Both the position numbers and the translations under genes were made by a program. A stretch of DNA of 63,227 nucleotides, counting the filler, from an uncultured Methanosarcinales archaeon (GTDB lineage Archaea > Nanobdellota > Nanobdellia > Woesearchaeales > JAGLXL01): the NCBI GenBank assembly GCA_964472345.1. It is 14 parts of 14 records of this genome, joined end to end, with 100 filler letters (N's around TTAATTAATTAA, not from the genome) between each part and the next. Parts side by side here need not be neighbours in the genome. Positions count along the whole stretch, not along the records: positions 5,105 to 10,040 come from CAYYLB010000076.1; positions 10,141 to 15,071 come from CAYYLB010000077.1; positions 15,172 to 19,941 come from CAYYLB010000078.1; 11 more parts are not named here. One strand, written 5' to 3'. The notes under the pieces were generated by a model. It did not search any database. It saw only the letters and a list, made by a program, of their open reading frames with translations, and was not told where the DNA came from. Of this stretch, positions 8,560 to 18,566 are shown piece after piece. The number at the start of each line of letters is the position of its first letter. Position 1 is the first letter of the stretch.

Positions 8560-8799
8560 CTTTTTTCATTAGGCCTACTGCCGCAGGTGAAGTGTCATCG
8601 TTTGATGTTTTTCATACCATCGTAGAAGGTGTTGCGAGAGATTATATGCTGCCCAATTTACGACGAAAACCCACAACGATAAACAACACTAGACCGACTC
8701 AGTTCATTAGACCAAGTCTACATTAAAACTACTCAATAGTAGTTATTCAATAGAAATGTTTATATACTACTGGTGCTCTGGGGCTTCTTGGTGATATGC

Positions 8800-9219
8800 A
8801 TGAGCTGGTTACGTGAGCACTACAAAGGAGCGTTGGCGCTTATTGGCACGGCGGCTGTTGGGGCAGTCATAGGGTATTTTGCTCGAGGAGGCGAACTTCC
8901 ATCTACTGGGGGAATGAGAAAAGAGCCTACCATAACATTGGCGAATCCGAGCGGAAATGTGAAATTCACTGTTGAAGGACCGCAAAGTCTTGATGAGGTG
9001 CTTTACCTTGCCGCTGGAAAACATGGAGTAGAAGGAGAACTTACGGACCGACAAAAGGCTGCAATCTTTTATGGGCTTGACGTTAATGTCGACAAGCGCA
9101 TCACTACGGAAGAGGCTGCAATGGGCGCTGCTCCACTTGGTGATCGACTTGCTGCAGAGGGCAGACGCTTGCTCGCTCTTCCTGAACCGGCTGCACCTGC
9201 TCCGGGGCGAAGCGATTAG
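8800..9219 (+). CDS. Membrane-anchored hypothetical protein with an EF-hand-like loop
   Basis: TATA (TTTATATA, about 8759-8766), GGTGA RBS, N-terminal TM GALALIGTAAVGAVIGYF, loop DVNVDKRITTEE. Confidence 0.7.
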   Translation: MSWLREHYKGALALIGTAAVGAVIGYFARGGELPSTGGMRKEPTITLANPSGNVKFTVEGPQSLDEVLYLAAGKHGVEGELTDRQKAAIFYGLDVNVDKRITTEEAAMGAAPLGDRLAAEGRRLLALPEPAAPAPGRSD

Positions 9220-9314
9220 TGCGCTCACTCTTCCTTTTCTTTTTTCTCATTGTGTGTTGGCTTTTTCATTGGGCCATTCATTCACTCACCTAGCGAGGAG
9301 AAAAGAATGGGAAA

Positions 9315-10040
9315 TCAGCGAGCGACAGCGGGGGCTATTCTTGAAGCATAGGTGTGCAACCCCAAGGTTGCTGGATCACTCGGGGTGCGTGCCGCCTCAT
9401 CGGTTTTTCCCAGCGCAGTAAGAACCTGATGGAGGTTGTGGGCTGCCAGGCTGCGGATTGGTGTGCCATCAGCTGAGAGAGCGTGTGCTTCTTGTAAACA
9501 GGTGAGCGCTTTGTCGATCTGTTGTTGGGTTACGCCTTCCTGAAGAAGGTATTGTGTTCCGAGTTCGGCAAGGATTTCAGGATCCCTTTGTTTCTCGCGA
9601 TGCGCTCCCTCAAGGAACACGAGCGCGGCGTAATGACTGCCATGGTGTCGCGCCCGAAGCGCCGCCTCATAGAGCGCTTCAGCCCGGAAGTTGCTGGCGG
9701 AGAAGCCGCCGTTGCCGGGTGGTGCCGATGCTGCGGCTTCAAGCCTGCTCCCCGTATCAGACCCTGCTGCTGCACGTTCCCGCCTTCCTGTCAAGGGATA
9801 AGAAGAATGATGGCGGCGACCAAAGAGGCCGTCTGCACATTCAATGGGATATTTGATCACGGCAGCGAAAGCCCCCGCAACTGAGCCGAAGTAACGCCCA
9901 ACCCACTCTGCGACTCGGCTCAAGTAGCCGCCTTCTTCACGTAATTCCCTCTTTTCGCGGTCGTAAAGCAAGCCTGCCTCTACCCTTTCGTTTGCAGCGA
10001 CCAGTCTTCTAAGTATCTCTTCGAGACGATCTTGGCCGAC
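9315..10040 (-). CDS. TPR-like protein, homolog of 3225-4358, 5' end cut by contig edge
   Basis: About 9895-10038 is highly similar to about 3758-3898 (RLEEILR.LVAA.ERVEAGLL.DRE.RE..GGY.SR.AEWVGR); TPR-like ALVFLEGAHREKQRDPEILAELGTQY. Confidence 0.75.
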   Translation of the reverse strand, partial: VGQDRLEEILRRLVAANERVEAGLLYDREKRELREEGGYLSRVAEWVGRYFGSVAGAFAAVIKYPIECADGLFGRRHHSSYPLTGRRERAAAGSDTGSRLEAAASAPPGNGGFSASNFRAEALYEAALRARHHGSHYAALVFLEGAHREKQRDPEILAELGTQYLLQEGVTQQQIDKALTCLQEAHALSADGTPIRSLAAHNLHQVLTALGKTDEAARTPSDPATLGLHTYASRIAPAVAR

Positions 10041-10589
10041 NNNNNNNNNNNNNNNNNNNNNNNNNNNNNNNNNNNNNNNNNNNNTTAATTAATTAANNNN
10101 NNNNNNNNNNNNNNNNNNNNNNNNNNNNNNNNNNNNNNNNAGGTATGGCTTGGTTCCGCCGGTTTAATCAGTTCCGTAGGGTGGCCTTCGATGCGATCGC
10201 ATTCGGCGACGAAACGCCGCTCCGCCGCCGGCAGTCCTTTTTTCTCCGGTGAGCCGCAAGCTGTGCCTCTCGCTCAGACGGATCGCTCGCACAACGCAGC
10301 GCCGTGCTCCGCCGCACCAAGGCAGCGCCGGAGCCGCAGGCGGAGGCGCGATGGGGTACGCTCGCCGCGTTCAGTTTCCCAATGCGCCGCAGCACAAGGC
10401 CCGCTCCCGCCGCACGCTGCTCGCCTCGGTCGCGCTCGGCAGCCTTCGCAGGTCGTTCTGGCACGCAGGAGAGCAGTTCCATCACCATCACAGGTGAAAG
10501 CGCGACGGCGGAAATTCGCCGCAGTTCAGCTTTTGGCCGGCCCCGTATGATAGCAAAACGTTTATAGGGAACCGCCTTTCCTCGGCACA

Positions 10590-11531
10590 ATGATGGATAT
10601 CTGGTGCCTCGACAAGACGCTCAGGAAGGGCGATCCCAAGGCGCTTTCGCAGTGCAAAGGCAAGCCGCTCTGGATTGATGTCACGAACATCTCCAAAAGC
10701 GAGGCCGAGCTGCTGCGCGACGCCTTCGACCTGCACCCGGTGACCGTTGAAGATATCCTCCACCGCCGCACGCGGATCAAGGTCGAGGAATTCCCCCACT
10801 ATCTCTTTTGCGTCTTCTACGGTGCCCAGAACACCACGCTGAGCGATTTCACCGAGTTCGACTTTGTGATCGGTGAGCACTTCCTCATCACCAGCCACCT
10901 CAGGGCAGTCCCCTCATTTGACCGGTTGAAAGAGGATGCTGCGCACCTCGCAAGCCTGCTCGAGAAAGGCAGCGTGCTCCTCTTCCATCGCCTGCTCGCG
11001 ACAGAGATCGACGCCTTCGGTCCGCTGCTGGAGAAGATTGAGGGCAAGGTCGCGTCGCTCGAGACCGGAGCCATCAGGCTCGCGCGGCCGGAGCTGATGC
11101 AGCAGATCCTCAAGCTGAAGCACCAGCTCAACATCATCAAGCGCACGACCACCACGCAGCGCGAGAAGCTCTCCTTCCTCGCGAAAAACGAGTACGCGCT
11201 GATCCCGAAGAAGGCCGTGCCCTACCTGCGCGACGTGTACGACCAGATGATCCACACCGCCGACCGCGTCGACGCGAGCCGTGAGCACGCTGCCAACGCC
11301 TTTGATGTCTACATGTCTTCCATCTCCAACAACACGAACCAGGTCATGAAAGTGCTCAGCATCATCGCGACCATCGCCCTCCCCCTGACAGTCATCTCGG
11401 GGATTTATGGCACGAACTTCGCGGCGCTTCCCGGATCCGCGCAGCCGTACGGGTTCTGGGTGATGGTGGGTTTCATGGCGCTGCTCAGCACGGTCCTGCT
11501 GCTTTTGTTCCGGAAGAGGGGGTGGTTTTAG
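10590..11531 (+). CDS. corA: CorA-family Mg2+/Co2+ transporter
   Basis: LHPVTVEDI, YLRDVYD, NQVMKVLSII, GIYGTNF (GMN-motif variant), two C-terminal TMs. Confidence 0.95.
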   Translation: MMDIWCLDKTLRKGDPKALSQCKGKPLWIDVTNISKSEAELLRDAFDLHPVTVEDILHRRTRIKVEEFPHYLFCVFYGAQNTTLSDFTEFDFVIGEHFLITSHLRAVPSFDRLKEDAAHLASLLEKGSVLLFHRLLATEIDAFGPLLEKIEGKVASLETGAIRLARPELMQQILKLKHQLNIIKRTTTTQREKLSFLAKNEYALIPKKAVPYLRDVYDQMIHTADRVDASREHAANAFDVYMSSISNNTNQVMKVLSIIATIALPLTVISGIYGTNFAALPGSAQPYGFWVMVGFMALLSTVLLLLFRKRGWF

Positions 11532-11612
11532 GAGGCAGGATACATTTTCTCCCATTTCGCAACAACTACTCTTCGGAAAGTTTTTTAAGCGTTCCCCGTT
11601 TGCAGCAGCGCT

Positions 11613-14162
11613 ATGCCCTACGAGCTCATCATCTGCGAGAAGCCGAGCGCGGCGCTCAAGATCGCAACGGCGCTGGCGGACGGCAGGCCGTTCAAGAAGA
11701 GCAACAAGAAGGTCCCGTACTACGAGCTGACGCATGGCGGAAAGGACATCGTCGTCGGGACGGCCGTCGGCCACCTCTTCGGCCTTGTGGAGAAAAAGAA
11801 GGGCGGCTGGACCTATCCCGTCTTCGACATCGAGTGGAAGCCGACCTCGGAGAGCGACAAGGAGCTTGCGTACGTGAAGCCGTACGTCGAGACGCTGAGG
11901 AAGCTGGGCAGGGACGCTGCCGCATTCACCGTCGCCTGTGACTACGACGTCGAGGGCGAGCTGATCGGCTGGAACGTGCTGCGCTTCGCCTGCAACCGTC
12001 AGGAAGCGAGCCGCATGAAGTTCTCGACGCTGACGAAGCCGGACCTTGTCGAGGCGTATGAGCGCAAGATGCCCCATCTCGACCACGGCCAGGCGCTCGC
12101 CGGAGAGACGCGGCACAGGCTGGACTGGTTCTACGGCATCAACCTCAGCCGCGCGCTGACCGCGAGCATCAAGGCCGCGAACGCCTTCAAGATCATGTCC
12201 ATCGGGCGCGTGCAGGGGCCGTCGCTGAAGCTGATTGTTGACCGTGAGCGCGAGATCCTTGCGTTCAGGCCAGCGCCGTTCTGGCAGCTATTGCTGATCG
12301 GGGAGCATGATAAAGGGAGTATTATCGCAGGGCATCAACAAAAAATAAATGAAAAAAAAGTAAAAGAACAAGTAGGGGAAATCATCGCAAATTTAAAGTC
12401 GTTTTCTATTAATGAGAATAATGAGTTAAGCCGTACGATAGCAGGGATATTAATCGAGAAAGTAGAAGTGTTGGAAGATTGTGTCAAACAAGCAAAATTT
12501 CTGCTTAAGGAGAACGATAATTTAGAAGGTGATATCCTAAAAAACAGCGATAAAAACAGAAAGATAGAAATTGATGCTCGTTTCCAAAAACTCAAAAGAA
12601 TAGTTGATACTGACAAGTTCTGGGACGAGCAGGAAGCGACTGCCGTCCACGAGAAGCTCAGAAAGGAGAAGAAAGCAACCGTACATGAGCTCAAGCGGAC
12701 AGAATTCTCGCAGCAGCCCCCGTTCCCTTTTGACCTCACGACGCTGCAGACGGAAGCGTACGCGCACCTGCGCATCAATCCGAAAGAAACGCTCGCCATC
12801 GCGCAGGCGCTCTACCTGGCGGGCGCGATCAGCTATCCGAGAACGAGCAGCCAGCAGCTTGATCCGAAGCTCGGATTCCCGAACATCCTGAAGCAGCTGG
12901 CAAAGCAGCAGGACTACGGCGCGCTCTGCAGCGACCTCCTCGGGCGGAAGCAGCTGAAGCCCAACAACGGCAAGAAGACCGATCCGGCGCATCCTGCGAT
13001 TTTCCCCACCGGCGTCGCTCCGAAAGGGCTGAAGGAGCGCGAGCTGAAGCTCTATGATCTTGTCGTGCGCCGTTTCCTGGCGACGTTCGCCGACGCTGCG
13101 CTGCGGGAGAGCCTGCAGCTCACGCTCGAGGTGAAAGGCGAGCTGTTTGTCGCGGAAGGCAAGCGCACGCTCACGCCGGGCTGGCACCTGTTCTACCGGC
13201 CCTATGTGAATCTGAAGGAAGTGACCCTGCCTGCGCTGGAGAAAGGCGCAGCGGTGGCCGTGAAAAAGATCGAGAAGCTCGCCAAGGAGACGCAGCCGCC
13301 AAAGCGCTACACGCCGAGCAGCATCATCCGGGAGCTCGAGAAGCGCAGCCTCGGGACGAAAGCAACGCGCGCCGATATCCTTGATACGCTCTTCAGGCGC
13401 GGCTATGCCTCGGGGCAGCAGATCCAGGCGACGCAGCTTGGCATGCAGACTGACGCGACGCTCGAGAAGCACGTGCCGGAGATCCTTGACGAGGCGCTGA
13501 CGCGGCATTTCGAGGACGACATGGAAAAGATCCGCGAGGGGAAAGAAACCGGGGACAAGGTGCTGCAGGAGGCGCGCGGCTTCCTCGAGAAGGTGCTTGC
13601 CAAGTTCCGGAAGCAGGAGCAGCAGATCGGCGCTGAGCTGCTCAAGGCGGTGCAGGAGACCCGGGAGGAGGAGCGCACCGTCGGGAAATGCCCTGCGTGC
13701 AAGGAAGGGACGCTCAGGATCCTGCGGAGCAAGAAAACGAAGAAAGCGTTCATCGGATGCGACCGGTATCCCGCATGTGAAGCGACCTTTCCGCTGCCCC
13801 AGAATGCGCTCATCAGGCCCAGTGAGCAGCGGTGCGAGCAGTGCAGCTATCCGATGGTGATGGTGATCAGGAAAGCAAAGCGGCCGCAGGTGCTCTGCAT
13901 CAACCCCGACTGCAAGAGCAAGCAGCCCGAACAGGAAGCGGAGCAGCAGGCCAGGAAGCTGGAAACAGGAAAACTCGAGAAGATCTGCCCCCAGTGCGGC
14001 AAGGATCTCGTTCTGCGCAGGAGCTTCTACGGCCCGTTCATCGGCTGCTCAGGCTATCCGGCGTGCAGGCACATCGAGCGGCTGGGGGCCCCGCGGGCGC
14101 CGGTGAAGCCGGCTGCGGAAAAGGGGAAAAAGGCGAAGTCGCCGGCTGCTTCGGAGGGATAG
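11613..14162 (+). CDS. topA: Type IA DNA topoisomerase with C-terminal zinc ribbons and an AT-rich in-frame insertion
   Basis: TOPRIM ICEKPS / ACDYDVEGE, SIGRVQ, catalytic ISYPRT, LGTKATRA, C4 zinc ribbons. Confidence 0.97.
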   Translation: MPYELIICEKPSAALKIATALADGRPFKKSNKKVPYYELTHGGKDIVVGTAVGHLFGLVEKKKGGWTYPVFDIEWKPTSESDKELAYVKPYVETLRKLGRDAAAFTVACDYDVEGELIGWNVLRFACNRQEASRMKFSTLTKPDLVEAYERKMPHLDHGQALAGETRHRLDWFYGINLSRALTASIKAANAFKIMSIGRVQGPSLKLIVDREREILAFRPAPFWQLLLIGEHDKGSIIAGHQQKINEKKVKEQVGEIIANLKSFSINENNELSRTIAGILIEKVEVLEDCVKQAKFLLKENDNLEGDILKNSDKNRKIEIDARFQKLKRIVDTDKFWDEQEATAVHEKLRKEKKATVHELKRTEFSQQPPFPFDLTTLQTEAYAHLRINPKETLAIAQALYLAGAISYPRTSSQQLDPKLGFPNILKQLAKQQDYGALCSDLLGRKQLKPNNGKKTDPAHPAIFPTGVAPKGLKERELKLYDLVVRRFLATFADAALRESLQLTLEVKGELFVAEGKRTLTPGWHLFYRPYVNLKEVTLPALEKGAAVAVKKIEKLAKETQPPKRYTPSSIIRELEKRSLGTKATRADILDTLFRRGYASGQQIQATQLGMQTDATLEKHVPEILDEALTRHFEDDMEKIREGKETGDKVLQEARGFLEKVLAKFRKQEQQIGAELLKAVQETREEERTVGKCPACKEGTLRILRSKKTKKAFIGCDRYPACEATFPLPQNALIRPSEQRCEQCSYPMVMVIRKAKRPQVLCINPDCKSKQPEQEAEQQARKLETGKLEKICPQCGKDLVLRRSFYGPFIGCSGYPACRHIERLGAPRAPVKPAAEKGKKAKSPAASEG

Positions 14163-14193
14163 GCGGCTACCCCGGGCCTGGTTGTAGTCACCT
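14161..14193 (+). terminator. Hairpin immediately after the topA stop
   Basis: AGGCGGCTAC..GTAGTCACCT imperfect inverted repeat. Confidence 0.3.
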
Positions 14194-14235
14194 ATAACAC
14201 AAATATTTAAATATGTAGTCACCCATACCCCATTT

Positions 14236-15071
14236 ATGCACATTGAAAAGAGAAAATCCAGGGGCAAAATAAAATATTATCTATCCCATTCTTACCGGGA
14301 AGGCCAAAACGTGCATAAGTTCAGGAAGTATCTTGGCCAGAACCTTACTACCGGGCTTCTCGGGGAACGAATGGAGATTGCCGCAAAGCTTCTTTCTGAT
14401 GAGATACACCGGTACAGAATAATCGGCGACCCCCTGCTTAAAGGACTGCCTGCCAAGGATATTGAGTGGGTAAGGAATATCCAGTCTAAAATCCCCATAA
14501 CCATCCATCATCTTTCCGAAGCTCAATGGACAGTGTTTTCCGAGCTGTTTACTTATCATACAAATGCGATAGAAGGCAGCAAGCTGAGCAGCGATGAAGT
14601 CAAGAATATTCTGGAAAAAGACCGGTGGCCTGAAAAGTCAAAAGCGGACATTGCCGAAGCTTATGGTGTTAATGGGGCCCTTAAGCTCATAAGAAGTACA
14701 AAAGAGCACCTCTCGCTCGATCTGATAAAAAAGATTCATCTCGTCGTATTCAGGAATTCAAAGCCTTTTGCCGGAAAGTTAAGAAAGCCTGGCGAGGAAG
14801 TTGCGGTTATGGACAGCACCGGTTTTGTCGTCCATCAGGGCGCGCCCCAGCCGCGAATAGTATATCTCTTGAATGAGCTTGTCGCATGGTACAAGAGAAA
14901 CAGGAAAAAATATCCCGGGCTGGTTCTTGCCGCGGTTGTGCATAACCAGTTTGAAAACATACATCCTTTCAGAGACGGCAATGGGCGCGTTGGAAGGATC
15001 TTGCTGAACAATGTTCTTATCAAACATCGGCTGCCGCCAATCAACATCAATTTCAACAACCGGCTGCAGTA
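14236..15071 (+). CDS. Fic-domain protein, truncated at contig end
   Basis: YHTNAIEGS and canonical Fic motif HPFRDGNGRVGR. Confidence 0.93.
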
Positions 15072-15287
15072 NNNNNNNNNNNNNNNNNNNNNNNNNNNNN
15101 NNNNNNNNNNNNNNNTTAATTAATTAANNNNNNNNNNNNNNNNNNNNNNNNNNNNNNNNNNNNNNNNNNNNTGATTTCATTGTTTATAAACACATAAGAA
15201 TGTTACGCAATTACGATACTAAACAACCTACGCAGGCCACAAAAACCTTTAAATAACCAGCAATACTCCTTCTTCCCGGAGTGAGGC

Positions 15288-15914
15288 ATGAAAAAGAGGC
15301 GTGAGCTGCAGATAGTGAAGGAGCTTTCTCCCGGGCATGATGTTGTCAAGACGCTGCGCGGCGCGGGCTTCTCGGTGAAGCGGGTGGTCGGTCTGGCGGA
15401 GCGTCCCGTCATTTCTGAACGGTCGCTCCCCTCTTCTGTCGAAGGCAAGACCATGAACCAGCTCATCGCGCAGTTGTTCGGGAAAGCGCGGCAGTCGCGG
15501 TTAGAAGAAGCGCCCCGTGCTGAATCAGCAGCCAAGGCCGGGCGTGAAGAAAAAGCAATCGCCGCAGGCGTCGCAGCGGAAGAAAATCCAGGCTCAAAAG
15601 AGCAGCAACGCTTCGCATCCTCACTGCAGCTCGCGCTGCGCGCATCACGAACGAAAGGGCGCGCGGCAGCAGCTGAAGCCATGGAGCCGGTTTCTCCCGC
15701 AGCCATCGCCGCCGCGCAGCTGCCGCAGGAGCAGGCGCCTTACTTCTTCGCCGGAGCAGGGCCGAAGGAAAGGTATAAAAGGCCGCAGCTCACCCTTCCT
15801 GGTGTTGGATTTCACGGCGTTGGGAAGCATGATGCCGGAGTGCGGCGGCGGATGCTGCTCGAACTGAAAGAGGTGCATGGTGGAAGCGAAGACAATCGGG
15901 ATCGTGTCGGTTAA
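15288..15914 (+). CDS. Hypothetical Ala-rich protein overlapping the minD start
   Basis: TATA (TTTAAATA, about 15248-15255) and GAGG RBS before ATG; 208-aa ORF in the same direction as minD. Confidence 0.55.
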   Translation: MKKRRELQIVKELSPGHDVVKTLRGAGFSVKRVVGLAERPVISERSLPSSVEGKTMNQLIAQLFGKARQSRLEEAPRAESAAKAGREEKAIAAGVAAEENPGSKEQQRFASSLQLALRASRTKGRAAAAEAMEPVSPAAIAAAQLPQEQAPYFFAGAGPKERYKRPQLTLPGVGFHGVGKHDAGVRRRMLLELKEVHGGSEDNRDRVG

Positions 15915-16632
15915 GGGCGGCGTCGGCAAGACAACCACCGTCGCGAACCTGGGCAGTGCGCTCGCCTTCTACGGAAAGAAAGTGCTGCTCGTGGACGCAG
16001 ACTTCACCGCGCCGAACCTTGCGCTGCACTTTGGCATTGTCAGGCCGAAAAAGACGCTGCACCACGTGTTCAAGAACCGCTTCACCGCGCATGAAGCCGT
16101 GCACAGCTATCACCCCAACCTCGACGTGCTTCCCTGCTCAATGATTGCGGAGAAGGTGAACCCCTACCTGCTGCGGGAGAAGCTCGCCAGCCTGAAGAAA
16201 TTATATGATTTTGTCCTCATCGACGCATCGCCGACGCTCAACGATGACATGCTCGCAACCATCATCGCCAGCGACGAGCTGCTTGTGGTGACAAGCCCCG
16301 ATTACCCGACGCTGAGCGCGACGCTGCACGCCGTCCGCGTCGCGAAGAGGCAGCGCACCCCGGTTGCCGGCCTGCTCCTGAACCGCGTTCTCAACAGGCG
16401 CTTTGAGCTGAAACCGGGGGAGATCGAGGAAGCGGCAGGCGTGCCGATTCTCGCCACGGTTCAGGAGGATGTGCATGTGCCCGCGAGCATCGCAGAGACG
16501 GTTCCGGCAGCGATCCACGCTCCGCGCGCAAGGGCATCGCGGGCGTACAGGCGGCTTGCCGCGCAGATGCTCAACCTGCCCGCCAAGGAAGGGCTCTTCT
16601 CAAGGCTTGCGTTCTGGAACCGCCGTGAGTGA
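15877..16632 (+). CDS. minD: MinD/ParA-family ATPase
   Basis: Deviant Walker A KGGVGKTT, VLLVDAD, YDFVLIDASP, C-terminal amphipathic GLFSRLAFW. Confidence 0.9.
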   Translation: MVEAKTIGIVSVKGGVGKTTTVANLGSALAFYGKKVLLVDADFTAPNLALHFGIVRPKKTLHHVFKNRFTAHEAVHSYHPNLDVLPCSMIAEKVNPYLLREKLASLKKLYDFVLIDASPTLNDDMLATIIASDELLVVTSPDYPTLSATLHAVRVAKRQRTPVAGLLLNRVLNRRFELKPGEIEEAAGVPILATVQEDVHVPASIAETVPAAIHAPRARASRAYRRLAAQMLNLPAKEGLFSRLAFWNRRE

Positions 16633-16651
16633 TGCCTGACAGTTCGTGAGG

Positions 16652-18376
16652 CTAGGGTGTGTTCCTGCCCTTTAGGAGCATGAGAACGAGCACAGCCGCG
16701 GCAAAGCCGAGCAGGAACGCCGCAAGAAACGGAAGCTCCGGAGCCTGCTCGCTGCTCACCGCCGCAGCCTCTTCCGTGAAATAGATGTCGAGATTGCTCA
16801 GCTCCAGCGCATACTCCGCATACAGCAGCGCGGAAGATGCCTGCTCTTTCTGGAGTGACTTTGCATATTCATAGTAGGAGTATCCCAAAATCGGGAACGC
16901 CCGCTTCTCGATCGTGTGCGCAATCAGCGCCTCGAGCGCGTGCAGCTTGTTTGCGACAAGCGCATCGAGCTGCTCATCACGGATGACTCCGAACGTGCTC
17001 AGAATGGCATTCGCATCCGCTTTTGCCTGGCTTGCCTGGATCAGGCAGAGTGCATGCTCCTGCGCAGCGCCCTGCTCTTCCGCTCGTGTGATGGACTCCT
17101 GGATGTTCTCCAGCCCTTGCTCAAGGAACAGTTTCAGGTATTCGAGGCGCTCCTTTGCCTCCTGCACCTTCGCGATGCAGGAATCCCGCAGGACACTCCC
17201 ATCGAGCTTATACGACGTGCCGCGCATCGCAAAGAACCGTGACCACACCACGGCGCTGAAGGCACGCTCCTCGGCGAACGCAAGGAGAAATGCCTTGTTG
17301 TCCTCTTTCTCAACGCGCTCAAGGAAAAGCTTCGCATCGCTCAGGCGCTCAATGACAATGGTGAATGTCTGCAGCTCAGCGATAGTCCCGAGCTCACGGC
17401 TCCGCGTCTCCTGCTCAAGCCGCGCAACGTCCTGACGGAGCTGCTCCACTTTGCTCTTGATTTTTGCTTCCGTGATGTTCTGCTGCTCAGAGATCAGGCT
17501 GCGCAGGCGGATGTTCAGCCCAAAGCAGTAGGATGCAGCCGCATAATGGCTGTCAGCGAGCTGCGCGTCGTGCGCGCGTGTCGTCTGGTTGAGAAGCTCC
17601 TGCCGCTGCTCTCGCGTGAGTGCTGAGCTGTTCAGCTGCTTCTGAAGCTCCCTGCTCCGTGCGCAGAGTTCGCTGCTGATGCCGCTCATGATGGTGAGGT
17701 AATCCTGCTGCACGGTGACGGAAGCGCCATCCTCGAGCAGCCGCTTCCCGCTCACCTGCTCAACAACTTCATTAAGATCACGGACTTCGACCACCTCGAT
17801 GCTGAGGTTTTTCCCGTACTCAACAAGGTCGGTGCTGCCGTTGCCGTCAGTCCGCGTCCCGAACGGGATGAGCACCTTGGCGATGCCCGCGCGCTGCGCC
17901 GCGCCAATCTTGGCCTGCAGGCCTCCCACCGGGCCTATCATCCCGCCGGAGTTGATGGTTCCCGTAACGGCAACGCTCTCATTGACGGGAAGCCCGAGCA
18001 GGCCTGCCGTCGTCAGGGCCGCGAGTGCGCTGCCTGCGCTCGGCCCGCCGATGATGGTGCTGTCCGAGCGGATGGTATAGATGAAATCCTGCTGCCCGCA
18101 CCGCAGGTCGAAATAGTTGCACGCGATTTCCTTCGCGAAGCGCGTGCTGATCTGCGTGTCGATCTTCGTCAGGGGGCTGGTCTCAAGGAACACGCGCCCC
18201 TTTCCCGGCCGCACCTCAAGGAAAAGGTCAGCCGTGTTTCCCGTGAGGCTGCCGTTGACCTCCTCGACCGCAAGCAGCGTCATGTGCAGTGGCTCCTGCA
18301 GCTGGATCTGCGCGAAAGCCAATGGCATCAGCATCATCCCTGAGAAAACTGCCGCAATCAAGAGAGGAATCCGCAT
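16652..18376 (-). CDS. Secreted, membrane-anchored Lon-like (S16) serine protease
   Basis: Signal peptide, GGPSAG catalytic Ser, GMIGPVGGLQAK catalytic Lys, C-terminal TM. Confidence 0.88.
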   Translation of the reverse strand: MRIPLLIAAVFSGMMLMPLAFAQIQLQEPLHMTLLAVEEVNGSLTGNTADLFLEVRPGKGRVFLETSPLTKIDTQISTRFAKEIACNYFDLRCGQQDFIYTIRSDSTIIGGPSAGSALAALTTAGLLGLPVNESVAVTGTINSGGMIGPVGGLQAKIGAAQRAGIAKVLIPFGTRTDGNGSTDLVEYGKNLSIEVVEVRDLNEVVEQVSGKRLLEDGASVTVQQDYLTIMSGISSELCARSRELQKQLNSSALTREQRQELLNQTTRAHDAQLADSHYAAASYCFGLNIRLRSLISEQQNITEAKIKSKVEQLRQDVARLEQETRSRELGTIAELQTFTIVIERLSDAKLFLERVEKEDNKAFLLAFAEERAFSAVVWSRFFAMRGTSYKLDGSVLRDSCIAKVQEAKERLEYLKLFLEQGLENIQESITRAEEQGAAQEHALCLIQASQAKADANAILSTFGVIRDEQLDALVANKLHALEALIAHTIEKRAFPILGYSYYEYAKSLQKEQASSALLYAEYALELSNLDIYFTEEAAAVSSEQAPELPFLAAFLLGFAAAVLVLMLLKGRNTP

Positions 18377-18566
18377 ACCGCGTTCTCCGGCGTTGAGCTA
18401 TAAAAATGTTTGGTCGGTGTGTAATCGATTGGTCGTCTGCAGTTGCGTCGCCGATGAAAGGAGAGGCACCTCCCGGCTCTGCCATTGATAAGCTCATTCA
18501 CTCCATTGAATTCATAGAATTCCGCCAAGGCAAATCTTTATAAGTGAAAACCAGGTTCTCAGCCGC

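Noticed and set aside
12335..12610. Intein in topA
   Set aside because: No N-terminal Cys/Ser, no His-Asn end, no recognisable block B, and shorter than typical mini-inteins.
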